From an uncultured Bacilli bacterium (GTDB lineage: Bacteria > Bacillota_I > Bacilli_A > RF39 > UBA660), in NCBI GenBank assembly GCA_934190785.1, contig CAKPTA010000015.1, positions 1 through 17,410 of the forward strand: 17,410 nt of DNA, given 5' to 3'. The position numbers were made by a program, and so were the translations under genes. The notes beneath the pieces were generated by a model. It did not search any database and had not been told where the DNA came from. It saw only the letters and a list, made by a program, of their open reading frames with translations. Shown piece by piece: positions 1-7,924 of this stretch. Position 1 is the first letter of the stretch. Every line of letters begins with the position of its first letter.

Positions 1-66
1 CCCCCCCCCCACTTGTCAAGTGGTCGTGTGGTGTATTTAGACTATTTGTCTATAATTATATATATA

Positions 67-507
67 TTACACAACTAAAGTAAATATATAGCTTACAATT
101 GTTCCAAGTAATAATCCTGCCATAACTTCTAATGGCTTATGTCCTAATTTTTCTTTTAATTTTTTAAATTTATGACGTTCTTTTATATTAAGTAATTCAT
201 CAAATAATATATTAATCGCTTCTGCTTGAAGCCCGCTTTCATAACGAAGTCCCATAGCATCATAAGCTGTTATAAATGTAAAAATTAGTGCAACTGCAAA
301 AAGTGGACTTGAAAAACCCTCTGTATATCCAATTAACATTGTAACAGATGATGAAAATGAAGCATGACTGCTAGGCATTCCACCAGTTCCATTAAAAAGG
401 CGTCCCAAATGTAATTTTTTATCTCTTATAGATTCAAATGTAAATTTTATTAATTGACAAATTATAAGTGTCACAAATGGACATATTAAATACTGATATT
501 TATTCAT
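67..507 (-). CDS. Divergent PAP2 family membrane protein (YuiD-like, DUF212)
   Basis: 146-aa hydrophobic ORF with the GGMPSSHASF motif typical of the YuiD / acid-phosphatase-vanadium-haloperoxidase-related family. GGAG sits upstream of the ATG, 9 nt after the recO stop. Confidence 0.75.
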   Translation of the reverse strand: MNKYQYLICPFVTLIICQLIKFTFESIRDKKLHLGRLFNGTGGMPSSHASFSSSVTMLIGYTEGFSSPLFAVALIFTFITAYDAMGLRYESGLQAEAINILFDELLNIKERHKFKKLKEKLGHKPLEVMAGLLLGTIVSYIFTLVV

Positions 508-516
508 AATAATCTC

Positions 517-1251
517 CTAACTGCATATTTTATTTAGTTCTTTAAGCATTATTTTACTTTTCAAATATATTCCTGTATAAGCATCATAATACTCATCTAG
601 AAAAGTATGTAATTCTCTTTTAACATCTAATCCTACTTCAAGTTTTGTTATTTTACTTATATCAACATAATATAACATTCTAAGTAGTTTCATTGTTTTT
701 TCATTTAAGATTCTTTCTTTTGTTAAACATTCCTTACAAATATATCCTCCTCTTGTACTAGAAGCTGTTACAATATTAAATTTAGAACCACATACAGCAC
801 ATTTGTCAAAAATAGGCATAACACCAAGATACTCTAAATATTTTAATTCTACAATAGATGTTATTACTATAGGATCAAATCCTTCATCTATTTTTTTTAA
901 TGCATCTATTAAATTTGAAAAAATTTGAGGTGATGTATATTGTTTACTAACTTGTTCAGCTAAATCTAATAGGTATGATGCGTATGATATTGATACAATA
1001 TTATTTCTAATATTTTTAAAATTTGTTATAACATCAGTTGCTGCTAATACCGATAATTTGCCTTCCTTATATATCATATCAAAGTATCCATAGGTTAACT
1101 TAGTAGTTGTTGTACGGAAATCACTTTTCATAGTTCTAGCACCTTTTGCAATAACACCAATAACACCATATTCTTTAGTTAAAATATTAATAATTTTGCT
1201 AGTTTCACCATGGGCTCGTTCTAAAACAACTATCCCCTCAATTTTTTCCAT
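517..1251 (-). CDS. recO: DNA repair protein RecO
   Basis: N-terminal OB-fold-like MEKIEGIVVLERAHGETSKII and a CxxC...CxxC zinc motif (CAVCGS...CKEC). Sits after era-yqzL as in Bacillus. I prefer ATG 1251 (GGGTG 6 nt upstream) over the GTG at 1260 used by the ORF track. Confidence 0.9.
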   Translation of the reverse strand: MEKIEGIVVLERAHGETSKIINILTKEYGVIGVIAKGARTMKSDFRTTTTKLTYGYFDMIYKEGKLSVLAATDVITNFKNIRNNIVSISYASYLLDLAEQVSKQYTSPQIFSNLIDALKKIDEGFDPIVITSIVELKYLEYLGVMPIFDKCAVCGSKFNIVTASSTRGGYICKECLTKERILNEKTMKLLRMLYYVDISKITKLEVGLDVKRELHTFLDEYYDAYTGIYLKSKIMLKELNKICS

Positions 1252-1275
1252 ATAATACACCCTTATAAAAAAGAA

Positions 1276-1377
1276 TCACATCGATTCTTTATTACCCTTC
1301 AATTTTTTATATTCCATGTAATATTCAATTTTTCCTGTATTTACAAACAAACTCCATAATAATTCTTTTTTATTCAT
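1276..1377 (-). CDS. yqzL: YqzL-like small protein (33 aa), absent from the ORF track
   Basis: Hand translation gives MNKKELLWSLFVNTGKIEYYMEYKKLKGNKESM*. GGTGAT lies 3 nt upstream of the ATG. Both the era-recO position and the W-x2-F-x2-TG-x-I-x2-Y pattern match the YqzL family. Confidence 0.6.
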   Translation of the reverse strand: MNKKELLWSLFVNTGKIEYYMEYKKLKGNKESM

Positions 1378-1414
1378 AATATCACCTATTTTATTATGAG
1401 TTCTAATTTAGTTT

Positions 1415-2299
1415 TTATTCAAAATCATGAAAACCAAATTCTTGTAAGTATTTTTCTTTGTCGCGCCATTTTGGTATTGTTTTAACATATAGTTCTAAGA
1501 ATACTTTTTTATTAAATAATTCTTCTAACTCTTTCCTACTTAAAATACCAATTTTTTTTACTTTGTCGCCACCTTTTCCAATTACAATTTTCTTTAATGA
1601 ATCTCTATCAACAATAATTGAAGCTAAAATATAATAACTATCTTTTTTCTTTTCAATATTTTCTACAACACATGTAATAGAATGTGGAACCTCTTCATCT
1701 GTTAATTCAAATACTTTTTCACGTATTATTTCTGAAATCATAAAAGTAATAGGCTTATTGGTAAATTGATCATCACCATAATATTTTATATTATCAGGAA
1801 GATACTTTCTAATTGTTTTAACTAGTTCTTTAATATTATTACTCTTAAGGGCTGATACAGGAACAATCTCAGCAAAGTCGTATATATCTTTATATTCATC
1901 TATTTTCTTTAAAATTTCTTCATTTGGAACTTTATCTATTTTATTTAAAATTAAAATAACCGGCTTTTTCGCTAATGATACTTTTTCTAAAACAAAATTA
2001 TCGCCTTTTCCAAATTCTGAATTTATATCAAGAACCATAAGAATTACATCAACATCATTAATACTAAAATAAGCTTGTTCATTTAAATATGTTCCAAGTT
2101 TATGATTTGGTTTATGAATACCAGGTGTATCAACAAAAACAATTTGTGTTTCAGAATCATTATATATTCCTTGAATTATATTTCTTGTTGTTTGTGGCTT
2201 GGATGATGTAATAGCTACCTTTTTCCCAACAATTGAATTCATTAATGTTGACTTACCAACATTTGGCCTTCCTACTAAACTTACAAACCCACTTCTCAT
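1415..2299 (-). CDS. era: GTPase Era
   Basis: MRSGFVSLVGRPNVGKSTLMN (G1), DTPG (G3), NKID (G4) and a C-terminal KH domain. Start set at ATG 2299, which forms an ATGA overlap with the cdd stop. The 11 upstream codons in the ORF track lie inside cdd. Confidence 0.95.
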   Translation of the reverse strand: MRSGFVSLVGRPNVGKSTLMNSIVGKKVAITSSKPQTTRNIIQGIYNDSETQIVFVDTPGIHKPNHKLGTYLNEQAYFSINDVDVILMVLDINSEFGKGDNFVLEKVSLAKKPVILILNKIDKVPNEEILKKIDEYKDIYDFAEIVPVSALKSNNIKELVKTIRKYLPDNIKYYGDDQFTNKPITFMISEIIREKVFELTDEEVPHSITCVVENIEKKKDSYYILASIIVDRDSLKKIVIGKGGDKVKKIGILSRKELEELFNKKVFLELYVKTIPKWRDKEKYLQEFGFHDFE

Positions 2300-2676
2300 T
2301 TTAAGTCCTCGCTTCCAAATGGATATGGACATAAATCAGATATTTTATATACTTTTGTATTTCCAGCTGTATCCATACAAATTACTTCCCTATCCATTTC
2401 CATAAATTCAAGTAGAACTTGTCTACAAGCAAAACATGGTGTTCCCATTCCTTTTTCCAACATAACATATATTTCTTTAAAATCACCTTTTTTATAACCA
2501 CTTGCAACGGCAGCAGCTATAGCATTTCTCTCAGCACAAATACTTGTCCCATTAGCGTTTTCAACATTGACACCGGAAAACATATTTCCATCATTTGTAA
2601 CAACTATTGCAGCTACTTTAAAATTATAGTAAGGACTATATGCATTTTTAAGTACATTTAGTAATTTTTCTTTCAT
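2296..2676 (-). CDS. cdd: Cytidine deaminase
   Basis: 126 aa with the zinc-site motifs CAERNAI and PCFACRQ. GGTGA RBS. dgkA-cdd-era order. Confidence 0.9.
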   Translation of the reverse strand: MKEKLLNVLKNAYSPYYNFKVAAIVVTNDGNMFSGVNVENANGTSICAERNAIAAAVASGYKKGDFKEIYVMLEKGMGTPCFACRQVLLEFMEMDREVICMDTAGNTKVYKISDLCPYPFGSEDLK

Positions 2677-2691
2677 TCTATCACCTTTTTC

Positions 2692-2720
2692 ATTTTACAA
2701 AAATTATATATAAAAGTCAA
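2692..2720 (-). promoter_or_regulatory. Candidate sigma-A promoter ahead of cdd-era-yqzL-recO
   Basis: Minus strand reads TTGACT (2720..2715), a 17-nt spacer, then TAAAAT (2697..2692), in the dgkA-cdd gap. Confidence 0.45.
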
Positions 2721-2725
2721 AACTA

Positions 2726-3139
2726 TTATGATAACATAATAGCTACTTTAGGAACAAAAATAATTAAAGCTCCTATAAAAGATACAATGGACATAATAAG
2801 ACTCGCTGATGAAGCTGTATCTTTTGCTATTTTAGCTAAAGGATGAATTTCTGGAGATGCTAGGTCTACTAAAGCTTCAATAGCTGTATTAATCATTTCA
2901 AATGATGTCACAATTCCAATCATAGCAATACAAAATAACCATTCACCACTAGAAATTCTAAAGGTAAAACCGCATACAACAACTAAAATCATTGCTAATA
3001 TCATTATAATCATATTATGTTCATAAATAGTTGTATAAATAATTCCATCAATAGCATGAAAAAAACTTTTTATGTAGCGTTCTATCGCACTACCTGTATC
3101 TTTATTACGAATTATTTTCTCTTTTGATTCCATACGCAT
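2726..3139 (-). CDS. dgkA: Diacylglycerol / undecaprenol kinase, DgkA family
   Basis: 137-aa, three-TM protein with the EMINTAIEALVD signature. GGAGGAG upstream. Overlaps the ybeY 3' end by 35 nt. Confidence 0.9.
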   Translation of the reverse strand: MRMESKEKIIRNKDTGSAIERYIKSFFHAIDGIIYTTIYEHNMIIMILAMILVVVCGFTFRISSGEWLFCIAMIGIVTSFEMINTAIEALVDLASPEIHPLAKIAKDTASSASLIMSIVSFIGALIIFVPKVAIMLS

Positions 3140-3554
3140 CTAAAATCTCCTCCTGAAGTGTAAACATAACTTTTTCATCATCAGGGTTCATATGATCATA
3201 TCCTAATAAATGAAGAAAACCATGAATTGTTAAAAATGAAAGTTCTCTTAAAAAACTGTGACCATATTCAATTGCTTGACTATGGGCTTTATCAAGAGAA
3301 ATATATATATCTCCAAGCATACGATGTTCACTTTTAACAGGTTCATTATCTTCAAGAGCAAATGTTATTACATCAGTCTCCCTATCAATATGTCTATATT
3401 CACGATTAAGCTTATGAATATAGGTATTATCGACAAAAATAACATTGAATTCTACATCATCGAGTTTTTGATACTTGATTGCAAATTCTAATAATTTTTT
3501 AATTGTTTCAGCCTCTTTTACTTCTTCTTTTGTTTCATTAAATATTTCAAACAT
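3105..3554 (-). CDS. ybeY: Endoribonuclease YbeY (rRNA maturation)
   Basis: HGFLHLLGYDH metal-binding motif. Start set at ATG 3554 (MFEIFNE), with GGAG 7 nt upstream. The longer ORF-track start would overlap the vanZ-like gene. Confidence 0.92.
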   Translation of the reverse strand: MFEIFNETKEEVKEAETIKKLLEFAIKYQKLDDVEFNVIFVDNTYIHKLNREYRHIDRETDVITFALEDNEPVKSEHRMLGDIYISLDKAHSQAIEYGHSFLRELSFLTIHGFLHLLGYDHMNPDDEKVMFTLQEEILDAYGIKRENNS

Positions 3555-3556
3555 AA

Positions 3557-4168
3557 CTACACTCCTATCCACATAATTTTATATAAATACCATACTAGTA
3601 GAAAAACAATTATAACTACAACTGTATTATAACACCACTTTGTTTTTAAAAAGTGTGGTAATCTATCTTTTATATTAACAATAAATCTATATATAAAATA
3701 TCCACACATGGCCCCTAAAATGTTAAGTATAATATCATCCACATCAAATACTCTTCCTATAACCATTTGTGTTACTTCAATTGTAAGTGATACAATAACA
3801 CTTAAACATAACATTGTACTTTTTTTATCTAATTTAAGTAAGTATGATGTAAAAAAACCATAAGGTAAAAACATTATCATGTTTCCAATAACATTTTTTA
3901 TAAATAGTGGACTTCCAATTTCATATCTAAGCATTTCTTTGAAAGGAATGAAATTAGAAGTAGACCAACTAACATCTTGAAATGTAACTACATAAAAAAG
4001 AGCCATAATATAAATTATAAATCCAAGTTTAAGTACTTCATCATAAAATACGAAACTCTCTTTAAATTTTAGTAAATAAGCTAGACGATATGATGATAAA
4101 ATAACTGTAAAAATAACAATCATAGGCCAAATATTAGACAAAATATTTACTATTGTAACATCAAACAT
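3557..4168 (-). CDS. VanZ family membrane protein
   Basis: 203-aa polytopic protein with NFIPF, GNMIMFLPYGFF, IEVTQ and DVDDIILNILGAMCGYFIY, the characteristic VanZ-like pattern. Confidence 0.8.
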   Translation of the reverse strand: MFDVTIVNILSNIWPMIVIFTVILSSYRLAYLLKFKESFVFYDEVLKLGFIIYIMALFYVVTFQDVSWSTSNFIPFKEMLRYEIGSPLFIKNVIGNMIMFLPYGFFTSYLLKLDKKSTMLCLSVIVSLTIEVTQMVIGRVFDVDDIILNILGAMCGYFIYRFIVNIKDRLPHFLKTKWCYNTVVVIIVFLLVWYLYKIMWIGV

Positions 4169-4178
4169 ATCATCACCA

Positions 4179-5348
4179 TCACTCTATTTCTTCTAATATA
4201 GCCCTTGTATCTGTAATATCTTCATAAACTGTCACAAAAGCATCTAATATTATTGTACTCTGATTTTCCTCAACTTTCAATTTTTTTATGTCAATAATAT
4301 GTTCATCTTTAGATAAACCACTATTTATTTTATCCTTTATTTTTTGTATAGCCTTATTATAAGCTTCTTCTTTTGTATAATCTTCATTTATAACTTTTGT
4401 TTCTCTTTGATTATCAAAAGATAAATAAATAGGAAATATACTATTAGTTATTAATTTATTTTCTACTACTTTTTTGGTTTTATATTTACTTAAATTAAAT
4501 AAATCAAATGAATTATTAAAAAAATGAAAAGATAAAACATTACTTTTTTTATTAGTATAAGTTACTTCTTCATAATGAAGAGGATATTCTACAGAAACCT
4601 TATACCAAACTTCACCATATACTTTACCTTTAGCCTCCACATGATTTTTTACTTCTTCATTTAAGTGAATATTTCCACTAATAATTATGTCCCCTCTTCT
4701 TACATAGTCAAGTTTATTCTTTAAAACTTCTCCACTATAAGCATCTATTCTTTTTATTATGGCATCTTTTTTAGCAACTATATCTCTAGGACTACCATTT
4801 TCTTCTATATTATTTAGTATACGTTCCTCAACCCTTATTATATATTTTGTCCCAACATTTTCTATTTCTAACCATTCAATTCTATTTTTATGTTTTTCTA
4901 ATATTTGCTTTTTTATTTTATTTATATTCGAGTAACTTTTCTTTAAATGATATTTTGATACTTTATACTCATCTAATTCATTAATAAGTAATGTTCTTAA
5001 ACTACTATCATTATGAACTACTTCAACAGAAAAAATAACATTTGATAAAAAAATTAAAAAAAAGAATCCTATCAAAAGTGATATAAAAAGAATAGAATTA
5101 AGCTTTAACCATTCAATAAAATAAAGTATTCCCTTAACTCTTATAACTTCTACTTTATAAACAGTTTTAATCTCTTCTAACAAGGGATAATCCCTACTAT
5201 AAATAAAAATATGAATACAGTCACTTCTTACTTTATATAAATGAAGTATATTAATATCATTTTTTCTAATTCTTTTAATAATTCTCTCTATATTTTTTCC
5301 TTCTACTTTTACTTCAACAATTTTCATAAAATGTTCTCTAAAATTCAT
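4179..5348 (-). CDS. yqfD: Sporulation protein YqfD (stage IV-like)
   Basis: 389 aa. N-terminal VEVKVEGKNIERIIKRI, a central TM segment, and a position immediately after a YabP/YqfC-type gene. GGTGA RBS. Confidence 0.75.
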   Translation of the reverse strand: MNFREHFMKIVEVKVEGKNIERIIKRIRKNDINILHLYKVRSDCIHIFIYSRDYPLLEEIKTVYKVEVIRVKGILYFIEWLKLNSILFISLLIGFFFLIFLSNVIFSVEVVHNDSSLRTLLINELDEYKVSKYHLKKSYSNINKIKKQILEKHKNRIEWLEIENVGTKYIIRVEERILNNIEENGSPRDIVAKKDAIIKRIDAYSGEVLKNKLDYVRRGDIIISGNIHLNEEVKNHVEAKGKVYGEVWYKVSVEYPLHYEEVTYTNKKSNVLSFHFFNNSFDLFNLSKYKTKKVVENKLITNSIFPIYLSFDNQRETKVINEDYTKEEAYNKAIQKIKDKINSGLSKDEHIIDIKKLKVEENQSTIILDAFVTVYEDITDTRAILEEIE

Positions 5349-5355
5349 TGTTAAA

Positions 5356-5595
5356 TCACCTAAATTCTATTTTATTAATTTTTCCCGTTACTAAAATTTC
5401 ATCTTTAAGTAATTTTGATACTACTAAATCATTTCCTTCAATAGAAACTCTTATTCCTTCTCCTATGATGTTTACTTTATTAGAATCAAAGTGACCAAGT
5501 TCAGTAAAATTGACAACATTTACATTTCCTTTATATATTTTTACTTCAAATTCTTCTTCTAACAAATAATTTCGCATACGATGGATAACGCTCAT
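5356..5595 (-). CDS. yqfC: Sporulation protein YqfC (YabP family)
   Basis: 79 aa starting at ATG 5595 (GGTGA 6 nt upstream). Beta-rich pattern VKIYKGNVNVVNF...IEGNDLVVS...ILVTGKINKIEF typical of YabP/YqfC. Adjacent to yqfD. Confidence 0.7.
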   Translation of the reverse strand: MSVIHRMRNYLLEEEFEVKIYKGNVNVVNFTELGHFDSNKVNIIGEGIRVSIEGNDLVVSKLLKDEILVTGKINKIEFR

Positions 5596-5621
5596 AGTAT
5601 CACCTAAATAATAATATGAGA

Positions 5622-5656
5622 ATAAAAAAAGAAAAGAACTGCTAAACAGTTCTTTC
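5622..5656 (-). terminator. Rho-independent terminator after the ABC permease gene
   Basis: Minus strand reads AAAGAACTG-tttag-CAGTTCTTT (9-bp stem) followed by TCTTTTTTTATT. Confidence 0.7.
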
Positions 5657-5721
5657 AAAAATACTTTTAATTTAATATTTCCCCAGTTACATCAATAGAC
5701 GATATATTGTTATCACTAACA

Positions 5722-7044
5722 TTATTTTTCTTTAATAGCTTTAAACATTTTTTTCCATAAATCTTTTGATGAATAATTTAAAATTCCAACTTTATAAATT
5801 TTAAGTCCATAATGAATTAACAAATAATTTGTAACAATAGCAATTATTATTGATGCTAAAACATCTATTATGCCAATTTGTCCCAAGACAAGCAGTGATG
5901 GTGATAAAATAGCTGATATAAGTGGAAAGTATGACAATACGCGGATAAAAATAGCGCCTTTAAACATACCTGCCATTATAGCTAAATAATAACCAAGTAA
6001 TAAAATCAACATAATTGGTGTTTGTAATTGTCCAAAATCTTCAGCATTAGTTGTCATAGAAGCTAATATACCTGCTAAAAGTGCATATGAAATAAATGTT
6101 AGTAACATAAGCACTAGTGTAAGCGGAATTATGTAAATGAGTTTACTCATAAATTCGGTACTTAAAATGCTTCCTATATTGCCAATACCAGCTGTACTTA
6201 TTACATTTGTTATACTTCCAGCGCCAACTATATGTCTAATAAATAATCCAAGAGCCATATATCCAATTAATAATAATCCTTGAAAAATAACAAAAATATT
6301 TCCAGCAATTACTTTAGATGCAAAATGAACTTTAGGTGAAACATTAGAAATGATAATTTCCATTCCTCTAGTTGTTTTTTCATCATTAACTTCAGCTCCA
6401 ATCATTTGAACTAAAAAGATTGTAAGCATGAAAAACGGGAGAATAAAAACAGGAAATACTGTTGACATAATTGTATCCATATTTTCACTTTCTGATTTTT
6501 TTGTTTCATCTAAAATTATTCTCTCAATATCAATAGGAGCATATATTTGATTTAATACGTCTTCATCAATATTTGATTTAGACATTGCAATCGCTGTTTT
6601 AGAACTATTAAGTGCCTGAACTATAACTTGGTATTTGATAACATCTATATATGATTCTGAAGCTACAGTAGCGTTAATGGTATTATTACTCTCAGTTATT
6701 TTGATTCCAATAGCATTATCTTCTTTTTCAATTAATTTCTTTAAATCTTTATATGATTTATCATATTTTTTTATGTCATATGTCTCTTCTTCATTTAATG
6801 ATTTATCAATTACATTTATCTCTTTTGCTACAACATCATAACTATAGGATGTTTCATCTAAGATATATACTGTTGTCTTTTCATTAAAGTCTCCACCAAA
6901 TACTTTGATAACGCTATCAATATTCATAATAGCTGCAATAACTAAAGCTAAAATAGCATTAGCAATTACAAACCATTTTGTACATATTTTTCTCTTTAGG
7001 CTAACATCTACTAAATATTTTAATTTATTTTTCAAATGACTCAC
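5722..7044 (-). CDS. ABC-2 type transporter permease (YhaP/NatB-like)
   Basis: 440 aa: N-terminal TM, a large extracytoplasmic loop of about 150 aa, then a cluster of about 5 TM segments. The start overlaps the ATPase gene by 20 nt. Confidence 0.75.
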   Translation of the reverse strand: MSHLKNKLKYLVDVSLKRKICTKWFVIANAILALVIAAIMNIDSVIKVFGGDFNEKTTVYILDETSYSYDVVAKEINVIDKSLNEEETYDIKKYDKSYKDLKKLIEKEDNAIGIKITESNNTINATVASESYIDVIKYQVIVQALNSSKTAIAMSKSNIDEDVLNQIYAPIDIERIILDETKKSESENMDTIMSTVFPVFILPFFMLTIFLVQMIGAEVNDEKTTRGMEIIISNVSPKVHFASKVIAGNIFVIFQGLLLIGYMALGLFIRHIVGAGSITNVISTAGIGNIGSILSTEFMSKLIYIIPLTLVLMLLTFISYALLAGILASMTTNAEDFGQLQTPIMLILLLGYYLAIMAGMFKGAIFIRVLSYFPLISAILSPSLLVLGQIGIIDVLASIIIAIVTNYLLIHYGLKIYKVGILNYSSKDLWKKMFKAIKEK

Positions 7045-7924
7045 CTACCTTTTCAACAAAGATTTCATTTAACGATGGTTCTTCTACAACAAATTTAGTA
7101 ACATTCTTTTTATCTTTCACAATATCAAAGACATTTGATACTTTACTTTCATCTTGAATTGATACAACAAATTCATCAGATAATTCAGATACATTATCTA
7201 CACCATCTATTTTTTCTAATTCATTTTTTGTTATATCTGCTTTAATACGAATATTTTTTTTACGATATTCTGTTTTTATATCTGATAGATATCCTTCTAA
7301 AACAGTTTTACCTTTTAATATAATAACAATCTTTTTACAGAATAACTCAACGTGCTCCATACGGTGGGATGAAAATATTATCATACTACCTTCATTAGCC
7401 ATCCTAATAATTTCTTCTTTAAATAGTTCTACATTAAAAGGATCAAGCCCAGAAAATGGCTCGTCTAAAATAAGTAATTTAGGATTATTTATAATAGCTG
7501 TAATAAATTGTATTTTTTGTTGATTACCTTTTGATAATTCTTTAATTTTTTTATTTTTATATTCACTAATATTAAATTTCTTTAAAAGTTCATCTAAACG
7601 ATTCACAATATCTTCTTTAGTCATGCCCTTTAATGTTCCATAATAAATTACTTGTTCTAAGACAGTCATCTTAGTAAGTAAGCTTCTCTCTTCTGTTAAA
7701 AAACCAATTTTATCTGTAACGTTATAATCAATAGGTTTCCCATCTAAAGTAATTGAGCCTTCTGTTGGATCTAAAAGGCCCATAATCATACGAAATGTTG
7801 TTGTTTTACCTGCACCATTTACTCCTAAAAGCCCAAATATTTCGCCTGGTTTTACAGAAAAAGATAAATCATCCACAGCTTTTAATGTTCCATAATATTT
7901 AGTAACATGGTCGATTTTTAACAT
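7025..7924 (-). CDS. ABC transporter ATP-binding protein (YhaQ/NatA-like, with C-terminal extension)
   Basis: Walker A GVNGAGKTT, Q-loop, signature LSKGNQQK, Walker B LLILDEP, H-loop SSHRM, plus a C-terminal domain of about 80 aa. Confidence 0.9.
   Translation of the reverse strand: MLKIDHVTKYYGTLKAVDDLSFSVKPGEIFGLLGVNGAGKTTTFRMIMGLLDPTEGSITLDGKPIDYNVTDKIGFLTEERSLLTKMTVLEQVIYYGTLKGMTKEDIVNRLDELLKKFNISEYKNKKIKELSKGNQQKIQFITAIINNPKLLILDEPFSGLDPFNVELFKEEIIRMANEGSMIIFSSHRMEHVELFCKKIVIILKGKTVLEGYLSDIKTEYRKKNIRIKADITKNELEKIDGVDNVSELSDEFVVSIQDESKVSNVFDIVKDKKNVTKFVVEEPSLNEIFVEKVGESFEK

Noticed and set aside
2300-2332. N-terminal extensions offered by the ORF track: Era to 2332, YbeY to 3572, YqfC to 5658, pilin-like to 10206, PBP2B GTG 12373, MraZ to 14120, TcdA to 15395, RecO GTG 1260, unknown GTG 14704
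   Set aside because: In each case an internal ATG has a proper GGAG/GGTGA-type RBS at 5-11 nt and matches the family's usual N-terminus. The extensions overlap upstream genes, promoters or operator boxes.
2199-2661. Plus-strand ORFs 2199..2405 and 2419..2661
   Set aside because: They lie antisense to the well-supported era and cdd genes. Their translations are low-complexity (Phe/Ile/Tyr-rich), as expected for shadow frames in AT-rich DNA, and they lack an RBS.
3258-3491. Plus-strand ORF antisense to ybeY. The same applies to 6635..6841, 10410..10688 and 17004..17186.
   Set aside because: All sit inside strongly supported minus-strand genes, lack Shine-Dalgarno sequences and have shadow-frame composition.
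5596-5621. Possible sporulation sigma-E type -10 box (CATATTAT) just upstream of yqfC
   Set aside because: It matches the CATACA-T consensus only partially. There is no convincing -35 element, and it would leave a leader of about 9 nt. This is not supportable from sequence alone. Expression of yqfC-yqfD may instead depend on read-through or on a promoter I cannot recognise.
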